DNA from: a virus
Direction: 5' to 3' (one strand)
IMG/VR virus record: IMGVR_UViG_3300042301_003793
Length of the DNA: 64,000 nt
This document shows, piece by piece, positions 1-9,062 of this stretch. The translations under genes and the position numbers were made by a program. The notes below the pieces were generated by a model. The model saw only the letters and a program-made list of their open reading frames with translations. It searched no databases and was not told where the DNA came from. Position 1 is the stretch's first letter, and each line of letters starts with the position of its first letter.

Positions 1-291
1 AGTATCTTTTTCTTCTTTATCTTTACCGATTTTTACGTCTTTTTTAATATCTTCGATTTTATTTTTAATTTCCTTACCTGTTGGTACTTTATCAATTTTA
101 ATATCATCTTTTTTATCAAAATCAATACCCGTTATGTCTTTAAAAACTTCTTTGGTTTTACCTTTAACTGTTTCATATGAAGATTTAACAAAATCTAAAG
201 CATCGTCATACCAAGCTTCATTTAATGTACCATTATCTGTATATCTTTCAATAATTCTTTTTAATTGACTTTCGGTTATTTTGATTTTCAT
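1..291 (-). CDS. Hypothetical protein, 3'-truncated by the window edge; N-terminal MKIKITESQLKRIIE motif
   Basis: Not in the ORF track. Read by hand: ATG at 291, 97 codons with no stop down to position 1 (MKIKITESQLKRIIERYTDNGTLNEAWYDDALDF...). TATTTATA motif about 14 nt upstream. Confidence 0.8.
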   Translation of the reverse strand, partial: MKIKITESQLKRIIERYTDNGTLNEAWYDDALDFVKSSYETVKGKTKEVFKDITGIDFDKKDDIKIDKVPTGKEIKNKIEDIKKDVKIGKDKEEKDT

Positions 292-331
292 AATGCTTTT
301 ATTTTATAAATATGATGATAAAAAAAAATCA

Positions 332-559
332 CTAATTTCTTAGTGATTCTTTTAAGTTTGTATTACCTTTTTGGTAAAGTGGTTCGTAGGGGCAGTGCTT
401 GCAATTATTTCCACAACATTTACCTCGTTTCATATGGAAATATTCTGTCATAACAATATTACCAGAATCATCTTTATAAAAGTCAGGTTTAGGAGATTTT
501 TTAGTTGTCTCCTGAACATATAACTGTTGTACCCAATCTTTTGATGCGTTTACCGTCAT
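332..559 (-). CDS. Small Cys-rich DUF5522-like protein
   Basis: Motif HMKRGKCCGNNCKHCPY; 3-nt gap after the RNR stop. Confidence 0.7.
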   Translation of the reverse strand: MTVNASKDWVQQLYVQETTKKSPKPDFYKDDSGNIVMTEYFHMKRGKCCGNNCKHCPYEPLYQKGNTNLKESLRN

Positions 560-562
560 AAC

Positions 563-2422
563 TTATATAATTTCGCAAGCACCTCCGGCACAAGCGGCCT
601 CACCTCTTAAATCGGTGTTATCTTGTAGTTCAATTACTTTTGTAAGATCAACGTTCTTTAATGTTGCCGATAATCTTTCAAAGTCTTCTTTTGTACAATC
701 TTCAAATGGTGCCTGTGTGTAAGTTCCTCCGTTGTATGGTAAAACTGATAGTCCATTATAGAATTTTCTATTTTTCCACATCCAATCACCCACTAAGTCC
801 CACTCATCTTCTTTAATTGAAACTGTTGCTGAAACGTTATGTGAATTTTGTCCACCTCTATGTCCAGGTCTAATCCACTCTTGAGATACTTTTTTCACTC
901 TTTCAAGCATTTGGAATACTGATTCGTATCTTAAAATTGACCCTTCTGGTGACATTTGAGGAATTGTAATTACCGCAGTATCGTGTGGACGGAAATACTC
1001 ATCTTCAACTAATTCTGGGTGATTAATCGCAAGATACGAATAAATTGCTTCATTTTTTCCAACTCTAATTCTTCTTAAATAGAAGTCATTATGCCAAGCG
1101 TGAATACCAGATGATGTACCTAAAACCAATGATGATGTACCAGACGGTTTAACGGTTGTTGTACGGGCAGCTTTATTAATCCCAATTAAATTTGCAACTC
1201 TCTCATTTTCTTCTTTAACGGCTTCAGCTGCTGCTTTCATATCATAACCTAATACAACACCAGAACCAATACCAGTCATTCCTACACCAATAAGTGCGTC
1301 TTTTTCAGTTGTTCTTTTCCAAACATCTCTCAAATAATGGAAGTCTGTATATCCAGCTTGTAATGTTCCGATGAACGCTGCACCTTTAACTCTTTTTTCA
1401 AAGTCTTCTTGTGAGTCAATATCTGAAGCATTAACCTCACATAGATTACAGAATTGGTATGGACGTAAACCGATTTCACAACAAGGGTTTGTTCCCCAAT
1501 CTTTATCGTTTGATAAATAAATTCCTGGTTCACCAGCTCCAGATAACTCAATTCTTTTCCAAAGACTCATAAAATATTCTTGTGTTATTTTATGTCTTAA
1601 TAATACGGCTGAGTTATTTGCTCTACCTCTTTGTGGGTTTGATTCCCACCAATTTCCAGATTTACAAGAAATCATTTCATCATCATCAGCTGAGAATAAT
1701 GAAATAAGAGCTGCTCTTCTGATTCCACCCGCTAATACTGCGTCAGCAATATGACATACGATGTCGTGAGTTTCAATTGGTGTTAATTTATCACCATCAT
1801 TTTTGTTTTCCAACACCTTTGTAATATGGTGAATACAATCTTTTAATGGTTGAGGTCCTGGTGCTTTTCCACCTGATGTTACAAGGTTTGCCCCTTTTTG
1901 TCTAATATCTGAAAAATCAAATATTGGTGTTGATGCTTTGTATCCGAAATAAGATTCCATCAATACTTTAATTGCATCAGCCCATCCTTCAATAGAATCA
2001 CCAATTAAGTATCTTCTTGTTCTTGTTGGATTTGGTTTTTTAATTTCTGGTAGTTTATCTACGTGATGTCTTTGTACTGAGAATCCTACTCCAGTTCCAC
2101 CTAATAACAAAAACATTGTTTCTGAAAATGCGTCTGTGTGGTCTATCGGTAAATAAGCACAGTTATAAACTCTGTTTGGTGAAATCTCAATTGGTTTACC
2201 ACCAAATTGTAATGATCTCATAGATGGAAGAATTTTTTTATCGTATACCATTTTATATACTTCTTCTATCTCGTCTTTAATGTTTGGGTATTTTTTTTGG
2301 TGCATTTCTTTATTTCTTGTCACCAATTCTTCCCAAGTTTCCCTTCTATTTAATTCAGGGACAAATTTAGCGTATTTCATGTACACCGTAATATCGCTCA
2401 ATATTTTTTGTGAAATATTCAT
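563..2422 (-). CDS. nrdJ: Class II (adenosylcobalamin-dependent) ribonucleotide reductase, monomeric RTPR type
   Basis: ILPSMRSLQFGG, NCAY, TNPCCEI active-site loop, TTVKPSGT, C-terminal ACAGGACEII redox pair; 619 aa; no intein. Confidence 0.9.
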   Translation of the reverse strand: MNISQKILSDITVYMKYAKFVPELNRRETWEELVTRNKEMHQKKYPNIKDEIEEVYKMVYDKKILPSMRSLQFGGKPIEISPNRVYNCAYLPIDHTDAFSETMFLLLGGTGVGFSVQRHHVDKLPEIKKPNPTRTRRYLIGDSIEGWADAIKVLMESYFGYKASTPIFDFSDIRQKGANLVTSGGKAPGPQPLKDCIHHITKVLENKNDGDKLTPIETHDIVCHIADAVLAGGIRRAALISLFSADDDEMISCKSGNWWESNPQRGRANNSAVLLRHKITQEYFMSLWKRIELSGAGEPGIYLSNDKDWGTNPCCEIGLRPYQFCNLCEVNASDIDSQEDFEKRVKGAAFIGTLQAGYTDFHYLRDVWKRTTEKDALIGVGMTGIGSGVVLGYDMKAAAEAVKEENERVANLIGINKAARTTTVKPSGTSSLVLGTSSGIHAWHNDFYLRRIRVGKNEAIYSYLAINHPELVEDEYFRPHDTAVITIPQMSPEGSILRYESVFQMLERVKKVSQEWIRPGHRGGQNSHNVSATVSIKEDEWDLVGDWMWKNRKFYNGLSVLPYNGGTYTQAPFEDCTKEDFERLSATLKNVDLTKVIELQDNTDLRGEAACAGGACEII

Positions 2423-2446
2423 TTTTTACAAATTTAATTATTTTAT

Positions 2447-3835
2447 TTAAGATTTTTGTTTTTCTTGTTCTTTTTGTTGTCTTTTTTCCAACAATTCTTT
2501 GACTCTTTGTCTTTGTCTTTCTTCTTTTTGTTCTTCTAAACCTAAGAATGTGGTTGTGGATTCAGTGTCTATTTCAATCATCGCATTATCAAATTTACAA
2601 TTTTCAAACACCACACCGTCATCTCCAATACGAGACTTGGTAATTGCTATTGTGGCTAATTTCATTTCTTTTTGTTGTAATGTCTTTGCTACTGAAATAA
2701 TAACGTGTCCAACTTGTGCTTTCTTAATTGAGCCGCCCATCTGGTCTGTTGTTACAACTTCCGAAGAAATTGATGACCGATTACCTTGTGTTGCTGTCCA
2801 ACCAGCAATGTTTAGTTCGTGACACATAGCTTCAAATCCTCTCATTACCGAACCTTCACTCTTCCATTCATCTCCTAGGTTTTTATCTGGAACAACACAA
2901 TCAATGTAATCTAAAACAACCATATCTATTTTAACACCATCCGCAATCATCTTTCTAATTTCATTCTTAATTTGCAACATAGTCTTTGTGTCAGACGGTA
3001 GTTTCTTTAAGATTAACTCATTTGGCATTGTTTCCTTGATTTCGTTTACCTTAGTCATCACCTCATCCTTTTTTTCTGACAATTCGTCAGGGTGAATCTT
3101 TGTCCAGAGAGTAAAATGTTTTCTCTGTATCACTTTTGGGTTGTCTTCAAAAAATACTTGAAGTACGTTAAATCCTAGGTTAAATGCGTGGTTTGAAATC
3201 TTTGTTAGAATGGTTGATTTCCCTACACCAGTTGGTGCAAGTATTACACCAATTTCTCCTTTCGCCAATCCTCCTTTTAACAATCGATCAATTCCTGGTA
3301 TTCCCATTGGAATTGGGTGTCTATAGTCATCATCCAAGACTTGGTCTAGGTTTGAAAAGACATCTAACATTGATGTGTCTTTTGAACCAACAAGTAATGC
3401 GTCTCTTACCAATTCTTCTAGAGTATCATAGTTTTCAAACTCACCCCCGTCTATAATCTTTTGAGCCTTTTTCATAACCTTCTGTAATTCTTGTTGTTTA
3501 CAGAATTTTAATGCCTTTTCTTGTACGAAATCTACTCCGTCGATAGGTGCAGACTTGATTTTCTTAATAGTATCAAGCACAACCTTAACGGCAGTTTCTT
3601 GTTGAAGTTCGGATTTTGCGACTTGTTCTAATGTGTCAAATGATGGTGTATGGTCATACTTTTTATAGTATTCTTTTATCATTTGAATGATGATTTTGAA
3701 ATACTTGTTTTCAAAATAATTGTTCTCTATTACGTCAATAATCGAATGTGAAAAGTCTTTGTCTACAATGATTTGATTAAGTAATTGTATTTGAAAATTG
3801 TTGCCAAGATATTCAAAGTTTTTGTTTGTCGCCAT
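2447..3835 (-). CDS. dnaB: Replicative DNA helicase, DnaB/gp41 family
   Basis: Walker A APTGVGKS, VVLDYID, WTATQGNR, KSRIG. Confidence 0.9.
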   Translation of the reverse strand: MATNKNFEYLGNNFQIQLLNQIIVDKDFSHSIIDVIENNYFENKYFKIIIQMIKEYYKKYDHTPSFDTLEQVAKSELQQETAVKVVLDTIKKIKSAPIDGVDFVQEKALKFCKQQELQKVMKKAQKIIDGGEFENYDTLEELVRDALLVGSKDTSMLDVFSNLDQVLDDDYRHPIPMGIPGIDRLLKGGLAKGEIGVILAPTGVGKSTILTKISNHAFNLGFNVLQVFFEDNPKVIQRKHFTLWTKIHPDELSEKKDEVMTKVNEIKETMPNELILKKLPSDTKTMLQIKNEIRKMIADGVKIDMVVLDYIDCVVPDKNLGDEWKSEGSVMRGFEAMCHELNIAGWTATQGNRSSISSEVVTTDQMGGSIKKAQVGHVIISVAKTLQQKEMKLATIAITKSRIGDDGVVFENCKFDNAMIEIDTESTTTFLGLEEQKEERQRQRVKELLEKRQQKEQEKQKS

Positions 3836-3868
3836 AATTTTTCCTTTTATCAGTAAAGATAAATACTA

Positions 3869-4318
3869 TTAGTTTTGAATAAATTGTGGATAAAAATAAT
3901 TAAATTTTCTACCTGAAAAAATGTCAGTAAGTTCAGATAATATGCTTTTCAGCCTTGGGCGTAGGTCTACGGTATATCTTACCTTTGGGGGGTATACTTT
4001 TGCGTCAAATGTCCTCTGACAAATTGTCATGTTCTCAACCTTAATATAAAGGTTAAAATTTTCTTGTCCTTCGGTAATTGAGGTGTTTAATACATCTGGA
4101 TTTTCCATAATTTCATACTGGTTCTCCATCATATAAACAACCGATCTCATTTTTAAATCATATTGTAATCCATTACAAAATGATTTAATGTAGTCGTAGA
4201 ATTGTTCAGACTTATGTGCGTTTTTGTTAAATCCTTTAACATTAAAGAATCTTTGTACAACGATATTATCATTACACATAAGAAGAAATTCTACTTTTGT
4301 TACATCTTGATCTTTCAT
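3869..4318 (-). CDS. Hypothetical protein
   Basis: 149-aa ORF tightly packed in the replication operon. Confidence 0.75.
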   Translation of the reverse strand: MKDQDVTKVEFLLMCNDNIVVQRFFNVKGFNKNAHKSEQFYDYIKSFCNGLQYDLKMRSVVYMMENQYEIMENPDVLNTSITEGQENFNLYIKVENMTICQRTFDAKVYPPKVRYTVDLRPRLKSILSELTDIFSGRKFNYFYPQFIQN

Positions 4319-4323
4319 TTTTT

Positions 4324-5340
4324 TTACTTTTTTGTTTTGTTTCTAAAATTTGTTTTTTCTTTTCTTGATAGTTTTAAAAATGGTTTTAAAAAATTTACCC
4401 AAGCGTCGTCACCCTTTGGGAGAAATTTGAAGAATCCGTCTTCCATCATCATTCTTATTAGGTTTCTGTGTCCTCGTCCATCAGGATCCAATGACTCTGA
4501 GTAATATGACCTAACAAGTTCTTTTCCTTCCTGAGAAATGAGTGGATTAGCTAGGTCCACCAATTTTTCATTAATTGTGAAAAACTCTTCTCCAAATATT
4601 CCCTCTTTGGTTTTCCCACTAAGGAGATTTTGTAAAGCAACATTTCCCTTCTGTTCTGAAAGTAACATTTCTGCCTTTGTTAAAATATCGGTATATTTTA
4701 ATTCAGTATCAAGTATTTCAGGAAACAGTTTAAGAAATGTTTTTTCACCCAAATAAAAAATACCATCAATATTATCTGAACTATCACCAGTTAATATTTT
4801 ATAGGTTTTAACATTATAGTGTGGTATTTCGGATTCATATATTTTAATTCCGTCACCATTCTTATAATATCGCTTTTGTTGGGGTGAATATATAGTTACC
4901 CTCTCAGAAATAAGTTGTGTTAAATCTCTATCTGATGAAAATATTGTTTTATCTTCATCTTCTGAAATCTGACAATAGTAAGCTATCAAATCGTCGGCCT
5001 CCGATTGTTCAACTTCTAATTGTCTAACAAACATTTCTTCTAGGTATTGTTTTACCCTATTTTTTTGGGTTGTAAAAGACTGTTCTTTAAAATCTTCGTC
5101 GTCTTTTTGTTTTCGATTAAGTTTGTACTTGGGATAGATTAGTCTTCTCTGAGAAGAACCTGTTTGACTATCCCAAAATACTACAACTTTATTATAATTA
5201 CTTTCCTCTAAAAATCGTCTTAGAGTGTTTAAAAAATGCCAGGTACCACCAACGTGTTCTCCTTTATTAAAAAAGTCTCTAACACCGTGAAACCCAATTT
5301 TTAATAGATTGTTTCCATCAACTAATAAAGTCTTAGTCAT
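4324..5340 (-). CDS. 5'-3' exonuclease / flap endonuclease (PolA-N / T4 RNase H-like)
   Basis: LLVDGNNL, VVVFWD, EADDLIA, SSDRDLTQL, LTGDSSDNIDG motifs. Confidence 0.9.
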   Translation of the reverse strand: MTKTLLVDGNNLLKIGFHGVRDFFNKGEHVGGTWHFLNTLRRFLEESNYNKVVVFWDSQTGSSQRRLIYPKYKLNRKQKDDEDFKEQSFTTQKNRVKQYLEEMFVRQLEVEQSEADDLIAYYCQISEDEDKTIFSSDRDLTQLISERVTIYSPQQKRYYKNGDGIKIYESEIPHYNVKTYKILTGDSSDNIDGIFYLGEKTFLKLFPEILDTELKYTDILTKAEMLLSEQKGNVALQNLLSGKTKEGIFGEEFFTINEKLVDLANPLISQEGKELVRSYYSESLDPDGRGHRNLIRMMMEDGFFKFLPKGDDAWVNFLKPFLKLSRKEKTNFRNKTKK

Positions 5341-6355
5341 TAGATATTTCGTTTATTGGATTTGACATTGCTGGTTCTTTTTCTTCCATATATTCAGAAA
5401 AAAATTCACTGAAAATCGCTTCCATAACTGGAACACAGATTGAGTTTCCAGCTAGTGCTACGTGTGCCGTGTTTGATAAAGTAGTTGTTAATAACAAATT
5501 AATATCTTCTTCTCTAACACCCATAAATCTATAACCTTCTCTTGCTGTAATTGTTCTCACTCTACCATCTTCAGTTAATAACTGTGGTGAACCACTTGTT
5601 GTAAGACAAGGTGAACAGCCTTCAACAGAGTAAATTCTTCTTGTTTGGTCATAACTAACATCGTCTCTTCTACCAACTAATTTACAAATCGTATGTTTTT
5701 TTGGTTCATGTGGTGTGAATGGACAATCAACAATCAAAGATTCACTAAAGTTTTCGTCAATAAAAGATTTCATTGGTACTCTTGTTTTTTTATGACTATC
5801 AACGTTCATCATTTTTTCTTGTACTTCTTCAATACTACTATTTAGAACTGACATCATAAAAACTCTTTCTCTATTTTGTGGACAACCGAAGTCGGCACCA
5901 TTAAGGACTCTCCAATAAGAACTATACCCAAGTCCTCTTAAAAAATAGATATGTTTTTTAAAATTTTCGTAATGATTTTTTGAAACCAAGTTTTTAACGT
6001 TTTCCATTAACAAAAATTTTGGTCTATTTGCCGATAATAATCTTTCAACATCAAATAATAATCCACTTCTTGTTCCTTCTTTAATTCCTCTTTGTACTCC
6101 AGATATTGAAATGTCTTGGCAAGGAAATGAATATGTTAGTAAGTCACAACTTGGAAAGTTATTTTCATCAATTTTTGTAATATCACCTAAATTTCCATAA
6201 GTTGTTGTATGTAAAACATCATAACATTCGTTTGCCTGTTTGAAGTTATCACAGTTTGCAACATTTTCATAGTCAACACCAATGTATTTAAGTGCTAACT
6301 CTTGTGTTCCGTAACCGGAAAATAACGATACTACTTTTAATTTATTCTTGTTCAT
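5333..6355 (-). CDS. C5 DNA cytosine methyltransferase
   Basis: Motif I LFSGYG, motif IV FPCQD, motif VI ENV, motif VIII QNRER, motif X AGNSI. Confidence 0.92.
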   Translation of the reverse strand: MNKNKLKVVSLFSGYGTQELALKYIGVDYENVANCDNFKQANECYDVLHTTTYGNLGDITKIDENNFPSCDLLTYSFPCQDISISGVQRGIKEGTRSGLLFDVERLLSANRPKFLLMENVKNLVSKNHYENFKKHIYFLRGLGYSSYWRVLNGADFGCPQNRERVFMMSVLNSSIEEVQEKMMNVDSHKKTRVPMKSFIDENFSESLIVDCPFTPHEPKKHTICKLVGRRDDVSYDQTRRIYSVEGCSPCLTTSGSPQLLTEDGRVRTITAREGYRFMGVREEDINLLLTTTLSNTAHVALAGNSICVPVMEAIFSEFFSEYMEEKEPAMSNPINEISND

Positions 6356-7352
6356 AAACCTTTTCTTCTTTTAAATCAAATTCACCATCTACACCAATAA
6401 TTGTTTTCCAATATTCGGCATAATCTTTTTTGTAGTCTTCAATAGACTTTTTTTCTTCCGTAGCATCCTTTCCAGGTAAAAACCCGTGAGGTGTTACAAT
6501 AATTTTACCATCTTCAAAACCAAGTCCATTAATGTGGTTTTTCATAACCGATACTTTTGTTCTTGATGCAAATTTAACAGTTCTTTTATCTTTTGTTGCT
6601 GTAATTTTTGTTGTTCCAGCACCTTTTTGATTTCCGTATAAAAATACTAAAGATGAATTTAACCAAATTGCTTCACCACCTTTTGCTTTAATTTTTGGTT
6701 GACCAAATGGATTGTCTGGTAATTCTACCCAAGGTTGATTTACAATAATTAATGTATTCTCAAATTTTGAATCTGCTTTTCTTGAACCAGAAATTCTTTG
6801 GTTAATTCCCATTCCAATCTTATCGGCTAAAACACTTGCATTGTGTTGTTTACCACCTTTACCTTCATAGGTCATTTTACAAGGAACGGAACCAACAGAA
6901 TCCCACATAATACATAATGAATAATCAAGTTCACCTTTTTCTTGAGCATCTAACAAATCATTAATGTAATCTGTAATTTGTTCAATATAACTAAAATTAT
7001 TATTAAACAAAAAGAATCCATCCCAAGTCAATTCACCTGTTTCTTCATCAACAACTTCATCACATTCAAACCCCATAAGTTTTGAGTGTTCAAAAGACCA
7101 TTTTTGTTCTGTGATAATAAAAACTGGTAGTATTTCTTTCTTTTGAGCATCAACAGCTGTTTTAACAAGTGCTGTTGTTTTACCGGTATCTGAGTGTCCC
7201 AAAAACATATTAATATGTCCCATCGCAGGACCTGGAAGACCAACAGCATCTAAAAATGCCGGTCCTAAATCAAAGTATCTTTGTGGTTTGTATTTTGCGT
7301 CCGAAGAGAATTTTTTCTTAATCGAACTAAAGTCATTTTTCTTAATTGCCAT
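6342..7352 (-). CDS. recA: RecA/UvsX-like recombinase
   Basis: Walker A GHSDTGKT, MWDSVGS, IIVNQPW, KGGEAIW, KNHING. Confidence 0.85.
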   Translation of the reverse strand: MAIKKNDFSSIKKKFSSDAKYKPQRYFDLGPAFLDAVGLPGPAMGHINMFLGHSDTGKTTALVKTAVDAQKKEILPVFIITEQKWSFEHSKLMGFECDEVVDEETGELTWDGFFLFNNNFSYIEQITDYINDLLDAQEKGELDYSLCIMWDSVGSVPCKMTYEGKGGKQHNASVLADKIGMGINQRISGSRKADSKFENTLIIVNQPWVELPDNPFGQPKIKAKGGEAIWLNSSLVFLYGNQKGAGTTKITATKDKRTVKFASRTKVSVMKNHINGLGFEDGKIIVTPHGFLPGKDATEEKKSIEDYKKDYAEYWKTIIGVDGEFDLKEEKVYEQE

Positions 7353-7363
7353 AATTATTTTAT

Positions 7364-8044
7364 TTAAATATAATCAATCATTTTATAATAATCATCATTA
7401 AAACATGGATTTAATGTAATATTTCCAACATTATTTTTAGTTATTTTATCTGTCCATTTAAATATTTCCTCATTTGATATGTTACCCATTCCAGAAACGT
7501 GATACGTTCCCATACCCCACCTATAAATCATAGTTTTTACAGTTTCGTCTTCAAATATTTTTGCGTTAAAACCAAGGGTTATATCATAATCTTCACCCCA
7601 ACTTTTATCACCAAATTGTATTCTTTCAATATATTTTTTAGTGTAGATATTTCCACTATTTAAGTTACTTTCTATACTTATAAAATTATTATTTTCAAAA
7701 TAATAAAAAGATTTTGGTCGGTATATTTCATATCCAGGATTATTTATAATCATTTCTTTTGACTGTTTCAACCCTTTTGGTACTAAAAGATCGTCGTCGT
7801 CAAGTCTATATATAAAATCAAAAGAACAATTTTTAAAACCCCATTCTAATTTTTTAGAGATGCTTGAAAATCTTTTGTCCAAATTAAAAATTTTAACCTG
7901 TGGGTGTGAAAAGTTGTAGAATGTACCTGGGCTATCGTTTACAACAATCATTTCAGAATCTGGTTCGTTCTGTAATAAAAACGAATGAATTGCTTCTTCT
8001 AAAATATGGTGTCTTTGATAAGTTAATGTTAATACTGAAATCAT
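7364..8044 (-). CDS. GT-A fold glycosyltransferase (GT2-like)
   Basis: ISVLTLTYQR, IVVNDS, RLDDDD motif, GEDY. Confidence 0.85.
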   Translation of the reverse strand: MISVLTLTYQRHHILEEAIHSFLLQNEPDSEMIVVNDSPGTFYNFSHPQVKIFNLDKRFSSISKKLEWGFKNCSFDFIYRLDDDDLLVPKGLKQSKEMIINNPGYEIYRPKSFYYFENNNFISIESNLNSGNIYTKKYIERIQFGDKSWGEDYDITLGFNAKIFEDETVKTMIYRWGMGTYHVSGMGNISNEEIFKWTDKITKNNVGNITLNPCFNDDYYKMIDYI

Positions 8045-8056
8045 AAAATAAGATAA

Positions 8057-8089
8057 AACTTGGACATCTTTTAGTTAAATGTCCAAGTT
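8057..8089 (-). terminator. Hairpin downstream of the SSB gene
   Basis: 11-bp inverted repeat aacttggacat / atgtccaagtt just past the 8098 stop. Confidence 0.6.
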
Positions 8090-8097
8090 AATTAATA

Positions 8098-8964
8098 TTA
8101 GAACGGTAATTCTTCGTCGATATCGTCATCTTCCTGTGGGTCAACAACCTTTTTTTCTTCTTTTACTTTCTTGCCACCCATAGAAACTTCACTTTCTTCA
8201 TTGTTAGAATAAATGTATTTTCCAGTATCTGAGTCCCATCTTGGTGTTTCACCACGAGCGATTGATTCAAGGTATTCAGCAGGTTTTTTAGAATAAACAT
8301 CCTCCCAAGTAAGTTCATCTTCAATCCATTCTTTCATTGTATCTTCATCTTCGTGTACTTGAGATGGATCATCATACATAACTGTTTGGATTACAGTATA
8401 GAACGCACCTTTTGGTGTTTTTGCTTTTGTTAATTCTAAAATAAGGTCTCTACCTTTTTCACCATCAGCTACATCACCTTTTGCTTTGTAGATTGGAATG
8501 ATTTTATCAAAAATTCCTTCTTGTTTGTAATTGTGTTTGAATCTCCAGAATTTAGGACCATCTTGTTCGTTATCACGGTCAATAACTTTAACAATATAAA
8601 ACTTACGTGGTTTGTATTGTTTTGCTAATTCTTTGTCTGATTCTTTACCAGTAGACATAAGGACATCGTAAACTTCACTTAAAGGTGAGCGTTCGTTGTC
8701 GTTTTTTCCTGGATCATAGAATTTTTGCCATTTACCATCAACATTGATTTCGTGAAACCAAACTTCTTTGAATGGTGAAGAACCGTCCGGTGTAGGTAAG
8801 ATACGGATTCTTTTTTGTGCTTGCTTTTCATTGTCTTTAAGTATTGCAGCAAAATACTTTTTCATTCTTTCTTCTTGAGACATTTTTGAAGTGGAAGAAG
8901 AACCACTTTGTTTTGAGCTTTCATACTGAGCCAAAACTGCATCTAAAACATTGTTTGTCGCCAT
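8098..8964 (-). CDS. Single-stranded DNA-binding protein (gp32-like)
   Basis: RIRILPTPDG, VWFHEI, KFWRFK core and acidic tail DDDIDEELPF. Confidence 0.75.
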   Translation of the reverse strand: MATNNVLDAVLAQYESSKQSGSSSTSKMSQEERMKKYFAAILKDNEKQAQKRIRILPTPDGSSPFKEVWFHEINVDGKWQKFYDPGKNDNERSPLSEVYDVLMSTGKESDKELAKQYKPRKFYIVKVIDRDNEQDGPKFWRFKHNYKQEGIFDKIIPIYKAKGDVADGEKGRDLILELTKAKTPKGAFYTVIQTVMYDDPSQVHEDEDTMKEWIEDELTWEDVYSKKPAEYLESIARGETPRWDSDTGKYIYSNNEESEVSMGGKKVKEEKKVVDPQEDDDIDEELPF

Positions 8965-8995
8965 ATATATTATTTATTAAAAGTTTACAATAGAA

Positions 8996-9024
8996 ATTAT
9001 AGTTAAAATTTGTGTCGCAGTCAA
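8996..9024 (-). promoter_or_regulatory. sigma70-type promoter for the SSB / replication operon
   Basis: Minus strand TTGACT-N17-TATAAT, about 30 nt upstream of ATG 8964. Confidence 0.75.
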
Positions 9025-9029
9025 CAAGA

Positions 9030-9062
9030 AATTTTAAGGTCGTCTTGTGCGACCTTAAAATT
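9030..9062 (-). terminator. Hairpin separating the structural and replication operons
   Basis: Perfect 13-bp stem aattttaaggtcg / cgaccttaaaatt with 7-nt loop, overlapping the 9061 stop. Confidence 0.7.
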
